Positions 18,815 through 28,273 are shown, counted from the first letter of the whole stretch. The stretch: DNA of 60,088 bases, filler included, from an uncultured Thermoplasmatales archaeon (GCA_964517155.1; 4 parts of 4 records of this genome joined end to end with filler, not necessarily neighbours in it), one strand, 5' to 3'. The notes: generated by a model not told the origin, from the letters alone. Program-made: numbers and translations.

Positions 18815-20170
18815 ATGAATAATAAAGTTAATTTTAATGGATGGATTTTTTTTATCAAGATCATATTAACAATTTTTATTTCATCTGTTGTAGCATTTTT
18901 GATTATCGATCAATTTAGCCCAGTAATGTCACTTCTCATAATACCGTTTCTTTGTATAATTTTTTATTTACCATTAATTATTATTTTTATAGTTGTCACT
19001 TTACTATTGTATAAATTTAGAACACCATTTATAACTAAAAAATCTTTTAATTTATTTTTTGTAATACTTGGGATATTATTAGTATTAATTCAAATAGGTA
19101 TAATATGGCCTAATGTTTCACCAACATATGAAAGTCATCTCTACCCAGATGGCATTTCATTTTCTAATGACAATTCACGTTTATTTGCTTATTGCCAAGG
19201 TGATGGTCAATTAATCGTTTCATTAGAACCTTACGAATATATATGTGAACTTTATGTATGGGACATCAATACAGGAGAAGTTATATGGAATAAAACAACC
19301 TCTGAATATATTAATATGAAATTATCTCCAGATGGAAATTACCTAATTAATAATTATAATAACTCCATTTTTTCTATAAGTTTAAATAAATATGTAGAAC
19401 AAGACTTTGGAGACCACATTACTTGGGCTCAGGATGGAAAAAGTTACATTACATACAATGATACAAATATTTTTATCTGGGAAACAATAAATTTTTCGTT
19501 GATAAACTCAGTCACTTACAATAATGCAGAAAAAATAATACCTTCATTTGATGGTTCAAAAATAGTTATTATTCCAGATGGAGAAGGGACAAAAACACTT
19601 TCAGTGATAAATATCGCTAATAATAACTCTATATATATTTTCAATACTTCAGTTACTGATCGTTCAGAGTCAATAATATGGTCTGAAGATGGCAACGAGA
19701 TACAAATAGTATCAAGAATTCCAGGTTGGCATTCTGATTCTGGCCAACATTATATATCTTATGATGTGTTTGTGTGGAATATTACAAATAATATACTTAT
19801 TCAAAATACTTCATTTAACCATTATTTTGGCGAACATGGCAATAATGGCATCCTTGATATCTGGTTTGGAGAATATGTTGTAAGAGATTTTGATCAACAT
19901 CATATCATCGTTTATAACTTCGATGGAGAAAAGATACAAACTTATGAATATTATCAAAGCCCAGTGTATTCATATGATAAAAAATTAGTAGCATACTGTT
20001 CTGATGGGAATATCAAAATTTTGAATACTGCCACAGGTAAAATAATTAGAACGTTTTCATTACCAACCTATGAATTTGAACGTATGATTCCGGGTTTTGA
20101 AGTAATAATATTGATGGCTGCAATTGGATTTATTTTATTTTTCAAACAAAGAAAAAAATTCAAAAAATAA
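18815..20170 (+). CDS. membrane-anchored WD40-like beta-propeller protein with C-terminal PGF-CTERM-like sorting signal
   Basis: Three N-terminal TM helices; blades such as FSNDNSRL, VWDINTGE, LSPDGNYL, WSEDGNEI, ILNTATGK; ends IPGFEVIILMAAIGFILFFKQRKKFKK. Confidence 0.75.
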   Translation: MNNKVNFNGWIFFIKIILTIFISSVVAFLIIDQFSPVMSLLIIPFLCIIFYLPLIIIFIVVTLLLYKFRTPFITKKSFNLFFVILGILLVLIQIGIIWPNVSPTYESHLYPDGISFSNDNSRLFAYCQGDGQLIVSLEPYEYICELYVWDINTGEVIWNKTTSEYINMKLSPDGNYLINNYNNSIFSISLNKYVEQDFGDHITWAQDGKSYITYNDTNIFIWETINFSLINSVTYNNAEKIIPSFDGSKIVIIPDGEGTKTLSVINIANNNSIYIFNTSVTDRSESIIWSEDGNEIQIVSRIPGWHSDSGQHYISYDVFVWNITNNILIQNTSFNHYFGEHGNNGILDIWFGEYVVRDFDQHHIIVYNFDGEKIQTYEYYQSPVYSYDKKLVAYCSDGNIKILNTATGKIIRTFSLPTYEFERMIPGFEVIILMAAIGFILFFKQRKKFKK

Positions 20171-20226
20171 AACACATAAAAACGCCATATGTTTTACCTG
20201 GATTTACTCCTGTTGAACTGTGTGCC

Positions 20227-20241
20227 TCTCAGCAGGCCCAT
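20227..20241 (+). repeat. attR: duplicated tRNA-Pro 3' end
   Basis: TCTCAGCAGGCCCAT identical to 17500-17514. Confidence 0.85.
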
Positions 20242-20254
20242 CAGTCATAAAAAT

Positions 20255-20605
20255 TTATGACGTAACTGCTTTTGTTTTAGGTGAAGTAAGAGCTGATTCA
20301 TATTTTTTAACAGTGACTTTTGATTCCATCTCGGCAATTTGACCGGCTAATTCAAAATCAAATTTTAATATAACCTGAACAAGTTTATTTTCCATATTTA
20401 GTTTATAAAGAGATGAATTTCCAGATTCTCTTGTTTTTATTATTAGTTTCTTTTTAATAAGTATTTCAACAATTTTGTATACAGTTGGACGGCTTACATC
20501 TGAGTTTTTAGAAATATCTGAAACATTGTAATCATAATTTGGATGATCTGCAAGGAAATCAAGTATTTTTGTTTGTGGGCTATTTCCAAAGATATCTTTG
20601 AACAT
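20255..20605 (-). CDS. winged-HTH DNA-binding protein
   Basis: IFGNSPQTKILDFL...YNVSDISKNSDVSRPTVYKIVE.L...LYKLN. Confidence 0.8.
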   Translation of the reverse strand: MFKDIFGNSPQTKILDFLADHPNYDYNVSDISKNSDVSRPTVYKIVEILIKKKLIIKTRESGNSSLYKLNMENKLVQVILKFDFELAGQIAEMESKVTVKKYESALTSPKTKAVTS

Positions 20606-20660
20606 TCAATACACCTATATTCATATATGTCATCCAAAGTATATAAACTTTTTTAACAAC

Positions 20661-20681
20661 TATGTAAAAAAATTTTACATA
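20661..20681. promoter_or_regulatory. palindromic operator between divergent small genes
   Basis: TATGTAAAA-AAA-TTTTACATA perfect inverted repeat. Confidence 0.5.
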
Positions 20682-20704
20682 ATACATATAATCTAATTTT
20701 CCAT

Positions 20705-20980
20705 ATGGAGAATAAGATGAATTTTACAGATTTACAGGTGGACCTATTATTCAAATTATGGCGAAATAGATGTTTTGGAAAAGGACATATGCTAATAGAC
20801 AACTTAGTTGGAGGTTTTCCAAGTCACATTAAAGGAAAAATGCAAGGAGAACTTGATGAATTGATTAAAAATAATATTGTAATTAAAAAACCATCAAAGC
20901 ATGGAAAAGCAGTCTATATTAACTATGAGTATAAAGATAAAATTTTATCTGTACTTAAAAAGAAATATCCATTTTTATAG
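20705..20980 (+). CDS. small basic hypothetical protein (wHTH-like)
   Basis: 91-aa ORF; LLFKLWRNRCFGKGH...GFPSH...ELIKNNIVIKKPSKHG pattern resembles small archaeal wHTH proteins. Confidence 0.65.
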   Translation: MENKMNFTDLQVDLLFKLWRNRCFGKGHMLIDNLVGGFPSHIKGKMQGELDELIKNNIVIKKPSKHGKAVYINYEYKDKILSVLKKKYPFL

Positions 20981-21166
20981 TATTATCTTTCTCAAAAAAT
21001 ATCTAAAAGTGCTATGTTCACTTTATTGAACATATGTTCATTTTTTCGAACTATAAACAAAATTAACAAAGATGGTTCTATAAAATCAAACTATCTAGGC
21101 ATCAAAACCAGAATTAATAATATATGTTTTACCTTGTTAACCTGTGTGCCTTTCAAAATACCACTT

Positions 21167-21557
<391 letters not shown>

Positions 21558-21657
21558 NNNNNNNNNNNNNNNNNNNNNNNNNNNNNNNNNNNNNNNNNNN
21601 NTTAATTAATTAANNNNNNNNNNNNNNNNNNNNNNNNNNNNNNNNNNNNNNNNNNNN
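21558..21657. other. assembly gap with artificial linker
   Basis: N run - TTAATTAATTAA - N run. Confidence 0.98.
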
Positions 21658-22951
21658 TATGCTCAAGAATCATATACAAAATACGATCTATTCCATAAGA
21701 CGGCTCAATTACATGTGGTACAAATTTATCTCCTGAAACCTTTTCCGTTGTTTCAACAACCTTGTAACAATTACTTGGAATCTTGATATTCTCCCCTTCA
21801 ACTTTTAAAACAATTTCTTCTACATTTTTTGCATCTATTTTTTCAAGTAAATCTTTTATTTTACCTGCTTTTCCTTTAAACAAAGGACCAAGCTTTTCCA
21901 TATCTGGAATTATTTTTTTCACTTTCACTGTTTTTGGCTCATCATACTTTCTAAGTGCATACATATCTGTTCCAGATGATTCTATATGTGAATCGATATC
22001 ATATGCAGATCTATCAGCAATTCCGACACATTCAACCCAGCCAAAACGCTCACTATAAAGCTCTGCATCCCAACACTCAGTTGCGTAATGAGCAAGCTCA
22101 TCATCACCATGTTTTCTGAAACGAAATTTTTTAGGATCAACTCCTGCAGAAAGCAAAAAATCCTGGGTTAAATACATATAATAAGCAAGAGCCTGATTAT
22201 TTATTAATCCTGTATCAACTGCTTTTTTCATAGAAATTTTCATTTCTTTAACGTTGTCAAAAAGATATAATTCATGACCTGAAACATTTTTAAACTCTGG
22301 ATGAGTTTTATTTTCAGGGTCAAAGAATATCTCAGCCTCTGCCATATTAAACTCACGCTGACGAATAGTTCCCTGCCGAGGAGAAATCTCATTTCTATAT
22401 CCTTTTCCAACTTGTATTACACCAAAAGGAAGTTTTTCACGTGCATATCTGTAAAGAAGATGAAAATTAGTAAAAATTCCTTGTGCAGTCTCAGGCCTTA
22501 AAAATGCATCACGAGTACTCCCAATGCCAATGGTGGTTGAAAACATAAGGTTTACTGGATAAGGGTTTTTAAGAACTTCTCCGCAGTTCGGGCATTTTAC
22601 TTTACCTTTTTCTGCCTCTTTTTCAGGATCAGTTCCTTCTTTTATTAGTCCTTCAAGCTTAAAAGACTGCTTACATTTTTTGCAATCAACAGTAAGATCA
22701 GTAAATTCGTCAACGTGGCCTGATGCTTTTAAGACATCAAAAAGAGTAACAGTGGGAGTGTTGATTTCTACACAGTTATCTTTCAGAAGATAGTATTTTC
22801 TCCAGAGATTCTCAATATTGTTTTTTAGTTGTGAGCCTAGTGGTCCATAGTCATAAAAACCTGCAACACCACCATAGATTTCAAAAGATGGATAAATAAA
22901 ACCACGTCTTTTGGCAAGCATCATTATTTTATCAAAGATATCTTGAGGCAT
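21658..22951 (-). CDS. glyS: glycine--tRNA ligase (archaeal/eukaryotic alpha2 type), 3' end lost in gap
   Basis: KRRGFIYPSFEIYGG, LRPETAQGIF, RNEISPR, AHYA..CWD, PHVIEPSYGIDR. Confidence 0.94.
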
Positions 22952-23007
22952 GAATATTAGTCTCCACTATACTAGGATAATTAAAAAAGTGTATAAAATA
23001 AAAGAAT

Positions 23008-23847
23008 TTAAAGCCAGCAGGCCATGAGGTCGATATCTGTGACCATTCCAAGTAATCTATCATCAGAGTCTACAACTGGTATATGACTTATTTTGTTTTT
23101 AATCATTTTATCTGCTACTTCATGAACTGGTGTATTTTTTGTAGACCTTATAACATCACTTATCATTACTTGTTTAACTGGTACTGGTGGCAGTGATACT
23201 TCAGAAGTTGAATAATGAAGTCTTACTGTATCTCTTATTCCTTCCCAGGTCCATTCATCTTCATCTCCGCCCATGCCCATATCTGAGTGTGAAACGCTTT
23301 CTTTTATGTGGCTTAACTTAAATAAGTCTCCATCTGTTACAATTCCACATAGTTTTCTTTCATCGTTTATAACAGGTAAAGCGTTTTCACGGGTGATACT
23401 GATAATTTCCATTATAACATTAATTGGTGTATCATGGTAAACTGGTACGACTAGGTTTGTAAAATAATGTTGTATCAGTTCATCGATTTCATCTGGTAAA
23501 TGTTTTATAATATCTGTTGGGCTTATGATTCCTACTAAATTGTTTCTGTTGTTTAGAACTGGCAGTCCATGGATTCTATTTTCATATAAAAGTTTGGCAG
23601 CATCTTTTGCGTCTTGATCTGTTTTTACGTATTCAAATTCTTTAGTCATAAGCAGCGCAAGTTGGTCTTCATCAGGATTTCTAAATATATCTGATCTAGT
23701 TAGAACGCCGACTACGTTTTTTGTATCTTTTTTTAGAATTGGCATACCTGAAACATTGTGTTTGGCAAGTACTTTTAAAGCATCTTTTATGGTTCCTGGC
23801 ACATATCCAACAATTAATTCACTTGACATTACTTCTTCTACTTTCAC
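23008..23847 (-). CDS. CBS domain protein (four CBS domains)
   Basis: Repeated (L/M)P(V/I)...L.G(I/V)(V/I)(T/S)..D motifs; GTG start with GAGGGG SD. Confidence 0.88.
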   Translation of the reverse strand: MKVEEVMSSELIVGYVPGTIKDALKVLAKHNVSGMPILKKDTKNVVGVLTRSDIFRNPDEDQLALLMTKEFEYVKTDQDAKDAAKLLYENRIHGLPVLNNRNNLVGIISPTDIIKHLPDEIDELIQHYFTNLVVPVYHDTPINVIMEIISITRENALPVINDERKLCGIVTDGDLFKLSHIKESVSHSDMGMGGDEDEWTWEGIRDTVRLHYSTSEVSLPPVPVKQVMISDVIRSTKNTPVHEVADKMIKNKISHIPVVDSDDRLLGMVTDIDLMACWL

Positions 23848-23857
23848 TTTAACCCCT

Positions 23858-24871
23858 CTATTTATTTGAAATATACAAAGGCTTAAACGTTTTTTTTTCT
23901 AAAACAACAAAGCCTGCCTTTGATTTGGAACCAAGAATGTCGCACTCCTGATTTAAAGCTTTCCTTGCAATATATGTATTATTAAGGAGTAATTTGTTTA
24001 TTGAAAATAGTTTTGTTTTTTGTAAAATGAAAAATATTTCTTCTAAAATTGATGGGTTATTTAACATTGCGTTATCGGTTCCTATAAGAAATGTTGTGTC
24101 TGTTTTTTTTATTATTTTATAATTTGGTTGAATACCAAAAAAATCATTGGAGTGCGGACAGATAACAACTGGTATGTTGTTTTCTTTTAATCTGATAAAA
24201 TCAGATTCAGTAGCTTTGTTCATATGAACCAAAAAATCAGGTTTTAAATCTAGTATTTGATTTATTTCTTCTCTTTTTTGTTCGCTTGCATGAAGTGCAA
24301 AAATCTTTTTTTTGTTTTTTGTATGTTTTGCAATTTTATATATTTCTGAGTAGTCCCAATCAGATATGCTGCTTAAGCCTATTCCTTGAGAGTTTTTTAA
24401 TATTAGGTCGATTTCGTTTTTGTTGTATTCAAGTTTTTCAGGTCTTGATAGAATAACTGCTGATATTGGATAGTCACCAAGTGCTGCTTTTAGTTGAATT
24501 ATTCCTTTTATTCCTTCTTCTCTGAAGTCACAGAAAGTGTTTACTGCATTTTTAAGCATTATTTTTATTGATTTTTTCATGCCGTTTATTATTTCGTTGT
24601 TTGTTGCTTGTTTTAGCATTTTGTGTTTAAGGCCGTTTGGAGGTGCTACTAAATCGTTTATGTTTTTTGGTATTGTGATTTTTTTGTTTTTTATAAATGA
24701 GTCGCCGATATGTGTATGTGAATTTACAAAAGAGGGCATAATTAAGCCTTTTGCCAGAGGTTTTTCTGGAGGATTGCCTTTTCCAGATTCTATTATTTTT
24801 TTGTTTTCAAAACCTATGTATCCTTTGTATGTTTGTTTTTCAGTTAAGATTTCTCCGCTTACATATTTCAT
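23858..24871 (-). CDS. amidohydrolase/deaminase family protein
   Basis: NSHTHIGD, HASE, VHM, CPHSN, GTDN metal-binding motifs. Confidence 0.85.
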   Translation of the reverse strand: MKYVSGEILTEKQTYKGYIGFENKKIIESGKGNPPEKPLAKGLIMPSFVNSHTHIGDSFIKNKKITIPKNINDLVAPPNGLKHKMLKQATNNEIINGMKKSIKIMLKNAVNTFCDFREEGIKGIIQLKAALGDYPISAVILSRPEKLEYNKNEIDLILKNSQGIGLSSISDWDYSEIYKIAKHTKNKKKIFALHASEQKREEINQILDLKPDFLVHMNKATESDFIRLKENNIPVVICPHSNDFFGIQPNYKIIKKTDTTFLIGTDNAMLNNPSILEEIFFILQKTKLFSINKLLLNNTYIARKALNQECDILGSKSKAGFVVLEKKTFKPLYISNK

Positions 24872-24964
24872 TTCATTTTAGTAAATAATTGTTTTATGTT
24901 TAAATCTTGCCGGTTTACTCTTTATTGATTTAGGTTTATTTGCATAAATTTTATATGATGTGTT

Positions 24965-24990
24965 TTAATTACGTCAAATGACGTTAATTA
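24965..24990. promoter_or_regulatory. palindromic operator ACGTCA-N2-TGACGT upstream of an acyl-CoA synthetase
   Basis: TTAATT-ACGTCA-AA-TGACGT-TAATTA; near-copy at 37596-37609. Confidence 0.55.
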
Positions 24991-25044
24991 AGAAAAGTTA
25001 TCAGAAGGTATCCTTAAAATTTCTTAAATAAGCGAGGGAGGATA

Positions 25045-26685
25045 ATGATTAATAAGACAATTGGCGAAATACTTGATGAGGTAGCAGATAGCTATCCAGA
25101 TAATGATGCTTTGGTATTTGTTGATAAACAGATGAGACTTTCTTATAAAGAATTCAAAGAAAAATGCGAAAAAATTGCAAAAGGTTTAATGGCTCTTGGC
25201 ATAAAACGCGGAGATCATATTGCTGTATGGGCATATAATGTCCCTGAGTGGGTGTTGCTTCAGTTTGCATCTGCAAAGATAGGTGCAATACTTGTGACAG
25301 TTAATACTTATTATAAATCACATGAACTTGAATATCTTTTAAAACAATCTGACTCTACTACTCTTTTTTTAGTAGACGGATTCAAAGATGTTGATTATAT
25401 AAAAATTGTTAATAATGTAATTCCAAATTTAAAGGATTCAAAACCTGGAAAACTAGATTTTGAGAAACTTCCTTATCTTAAAAATGTTGTATTTATCGGA
25501 AAAGGAAAAAAACAGGGCATGTTTAATTTTGAAGATATACAAGATATAGGTGAAAAAATATCCTCTGAAGAACTTAAAGAAAGACAAGAAAGCCTTGATC
25601 CTCAAGATGTAATAAATATGCAGTATACTTCGGGCACTACTGGTTTTCCAAAGGGCGTTATGCTTACGCATTATAACATTTTAAATAATGCATATGCTGT
25701 TGGTAATGTTATGGGTATGACTGAAAGGGATAGGATGTGTATCCCTGTGCCGTTTTTCCATTGTTTTGGCTGTGTTCTTTCTACATTAAATTGTGTTACT
25801 CATGGTTCTACAATGGTTCCAATTGAGATTTTTGATGCTGAAAAAATCCTTCAAGCCGTTGAAGCTGAAAAATGTACTGCACTGCAGGGTGTTCCAACTA
25901 TGTTTATCGCTGAGCTGCAGCATCCTAATTTTGAGAAATATAATTTATCTAGTTTAAGAACAGGGATAATGGCTGGTGCGTCATGTCCTATTGAAGTTAT
26001 GGTTAATGCAATGAGTAAGATGCATCTAAAGGAGATTACTATCTGTTATGGTCTGACAGAAACATCGCCGGTTCTTACTCAGACTAGGCGTAATGACCCT
26101 GTTGCAAAGCGTGTGGAAACAGTTGGCAAACCTCTTGAAAGAATTGATGTTAAAATTGTTGATCCTGAATCTGGTAAAGATTTACCAGCAAATAACCCTG
26201 GTGAGCTTGTTGCTCGTGGTTATGGTGTTATGAAAGGATATTATAAGATGCCTAAGCAGACTGAGGACGTTATTCGTGATGGTTGGCTTCATACAAAAGA
26301 TCTGGCTGTTATGGATGATGATGGATATTTTAGTATTCTTGGACGTATTGATGATATGATTATTCGCGGTGGAGAAAATGTTTATCCCCGAGAAATTGAG
26401 GAGTATTTGTATACTAATAACAAAATTGAGGATGTATCTGTTGTTGGTGTTCCTAGTCAAAAGTATGGCGAGGAGGTTGCTGCTTTTGTTAAACTCAGGG
26501 GTGGTGTTCATGCAACTGAAGAGGAAATTAAGAATTTCTGCAGGGAAGGTATTTCTCGTTTTAAGATTCCAAAATATATTATTTTTACTGATAAGTTTCC
26601 TATGACTGCTAGTGGCAAGGTTAGAAAAGTTGATCTTAGGCAGATTGCAAAAGAAAAATTAAAATTGGAGTTGACAAAACCTTAA
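25045..26685 (+). CDS. AMP-binding acyl-CoA synthetase (fatty-acid--CoA ligase family)
   Basis: QYTSGTTGFPKG, YGLTETSP, RGGENVYPREIE, MTASGKV. Confidence 0.92.
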   Translation: MINKTIGEILDEVADSYPDNDALVFVDKQMRLSYKEFKEKCEKIAKGLMALGIKRGDHIAVWAYNVPEWVLLQFASAKIGAILVTVNTYYKSHELEYLLKQSDSTTLFLVDGFKDVDYIKIVNNVIPNLKDSKPGKLDFEKLPYLKNVVFIGKGKKQGMFNFEDIQDIGEKISSEELKERQESLDPQDVINMQYTSGTTGFPKGVMLTHYNILNNAYAVGNVMGMTERDRMCIPVPFFHCFGCVLSTLNCVTHGSTMVPIEIFDAEKILQAVEAEKCTALQGVPTMFIAELQHPNFEKYNLSSLRTGIMAGASCPIEVMVNAMSKMHLKEITICYGLTETSPVLTQTRRNDPVAKRVETVGKPLERIDVKIVDPESGKDLPANNPGELVARGYGVMKGYYKMPKQTEDVIRDGWLHTKDLAVMDDDGYFSILGRIDDMIIRGGENVYPREIEEYLYTNNKIEDVSVVGVPSQKYGEEVAAFVKLRGGVHATEEEIKNFCREGISRFKIPKYIIFTDKFPMTASGKVRKVDLRQIAKEKLKLELTKP

Positions 26686-26734
26686 TATTTGATTAGTTAT
26701 TCTAGAATTTTAAAAAATTGGGTGGAGGAATATT

Positions 26735-26944
26735 ATGAAGAAAGAATTTAAAGAAGGCGATATAACAATTACTGTTGATTATGATAAGTGTGTTGGTGCC
26801 GGTGAATGTGTTACTGCTTGTCCTGTAGATATTTTTGAGCTTGAAGGTGGTAAAGCAGTCTGTAAAAATGTTGGCGAGTGTATTGAGTGTTGTGCTTGTG
26901 TTAATGCTTGTCCGCATGGTGCTATTGAACATAGTTCTTGTTAG
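26735..26944 (+). CDS. 2x[4Fe-4S]-type ferredoxin
   Basis: CVGAGECVTACP and CIECCACVNACP; SD GGTGGAGG. Confidence 0.9.
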   Translation: MKKEFKEGDITITVDYDKCVGAGECVTACPVDIFELEGGKAVCKNVGECIECCACVNACPHGAIEHSSC

Positions 26945-26974
26945 TTGCAATATATGTTTATTGTTTCTATGTGC

Positions 26975-28179
26975 GGCTTCATCCCGAAATAGATAATTAA
27001 GGAAGAAGCATTCTTTTTTTTCTTGGATGGGATGCGCAAAGAAAAGAATTAATCCAAAAGTTGCGAACCATGTGAACCGCAACTTCACCGCCGATTTCAT
27101 CAAGGCAGTGATCAAAGCGGTACACCAACTGCCACCACCCTGGAAAACCAACAAGAAAGGACGAAAAGGACACGACCCGCAGACCGTAGCAATCAGTTGT
27201 CTTCTTAAAGTAGGATTTAATCAGACCTACGATGGTATTGAAGCATATATCAAAGACAGTGAAACCCTCAAACAATACTCGCCCATATTACCGGGACATA
27301 GCGTGATTCAACGAGGGATGGAAAAACTCACCATCATCTACATACGCAAAGTAATGAAAAGGGTTACCAGATTTCTCCGACGGAAAAAGATGAATATCGC
27401 TGTTGACAGCACGGGATTCAGCACTCATAACAGTAGCACATGGTATGACATTAGGATCAAAAGACACAGCAGCCGAAAAGAATGCATCAAACTACACATC
27501 AGCATCGACATCGATACTGGTGTGATACACTGGTTTACCACTACCAGATGGAACCGGCATGATTCCAAAGAATTTGAACAACTGATTAAACATTTACCTA
27601 TGCTTGGAAACGTCCTAGGGGACAAAGCATTCTCTTCTAGAAACAATTGTCAACTTGTCGTTGATAAAAATGGGACGCCCTACCTCTGTTTCAAAAAGAA
27701 TGCACGAAGTAACGCCAAAGGTAAACCTGCATGGATCATCTCTTTTAGATCATACAAACATGATACCAAAGCATGGCTTGATATCTATCATCTAAGGTCT
27801 ATTGTAGAGAGTGTATTTTCTTCTATAAAGAAACGCTGGGGTAGTTTCCTATTGAGTAGGAAACGGTGGATGCAGAAAAGAGAGTTAGCTCTGAAGGTTT
27901 TTTCCTACAACGTGAAACAGGTACTCATGATTCGCTATGCAGAGGAACGGAAGGTTCCGTTGTGGGTTCCTGTTAAGTAAAAACCACAACAGTTAACCTT
28001 TCCGATCCTACAACACAGAGAGTGTATACCAGAGCGAGTTTTTAAGAAATGCGCTTTTGAGATGGTACTCGGATTATAAAACGACGTTCTGAACGATGTT
28101 TCAGGTTTCCATTGCACAGGGATCTTTTAAAAAATGGATGCCTAAGATGACTGTTTAAGCTTCATTTCGGGATGAAGCC
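26975..28179. mobile_element. complete IS5-family insertion sequence (IS903-like), 1205 bp
   Basis: Perfect 16-bp TIRs GGCTTCATCCCGAAAT (26975-26990) and ATTTCGGGATGAAGCC (28164-28179); 9-bp TSD TCTATGTGC at 26966-26974 and 28180-28188. Confidence 0.93.
27027..27980 (+). CDS. IS5 family DDE transposase
   Basis: IAVDSTGF, KLH, LGDKAF, YHLRSIVESVFSSIK (Y-R-E-K motif). Confidence 0.92.
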   Translation: MGCAKKRINPKVANHVNRNFTADFIKAVIKAVHQLPPPWKTNKKGRKGHDPQTVAISCLLKVGFNQTYDGIEAYIKDSETLKQYSPILPGHSVIQRGMEKLTIIYIRKVMKRVTRFLRRKKMNIAVDSTGFSTHNSSTWYDIRIKRHSSRKECIKLHISIDIDTGVIHWFTTTRWNRHDSKEFEQLIKHLPMLGNVLGDKAFSSRNNCQLVVDKNGTPYLCFKKNARSNAKGKPAWIISFRSYKHDTKAWLDIYHLRSIVESVFSSIKKRWGSFLLSRKRWMQKRELALKVFSYNVKQVLMIRYAEERKVPLWVPVK

Positions 28180-28187
28180 TCTATGTG

Positions 28188-28257
28188 CGAAAGGTTTAAA
28201 TACGTTTTATTATATTCATTATCAAATTGTAATGATTACAATTTAGTAACCATTACA
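28188..28257 (+). promoter_or_regulatory. BRE-TATA promoter with tandem Fur/PerR-like boxes
   Basis: CGAAAGG-TTTAAATA (28188-28202); perfect palindrome AAATTGTAAT-G-ATTACAATTT (28224-28244) followed by a degenerate AGTAAC-C-ATTACA. Confidence 0.75.
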
Positions 28258-28273
28258 TAAAAAAGGTGAGAAT

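Larger units (their letters stand above)
17500..20241. mobile_element. minimal tRNA-Pro-integrated element (integrase + RHH + cargo)
   Basis: 15-bp direct repeat TCTCAGCAGGCCCAT at 17500-17514 (tRNA 3' end) and 20227-20241, with a tyrosine integrase next to the tRNA. Confidence 0.85.

Noticed and set aside
26702..27275. Minus-strand ORFs (150 and 92 aa) as IS passenger genes
   Set aside because: One crosses the IS boundary and both are antisense to the ferredoxin and/or transposase; no recognisable features
27935..28117. 60-aa minus-strand ORF in the IS 3' region as TnpB or another accessory gene
   Set aside because: Far too short, with no RuvC or Zn-finger motifs
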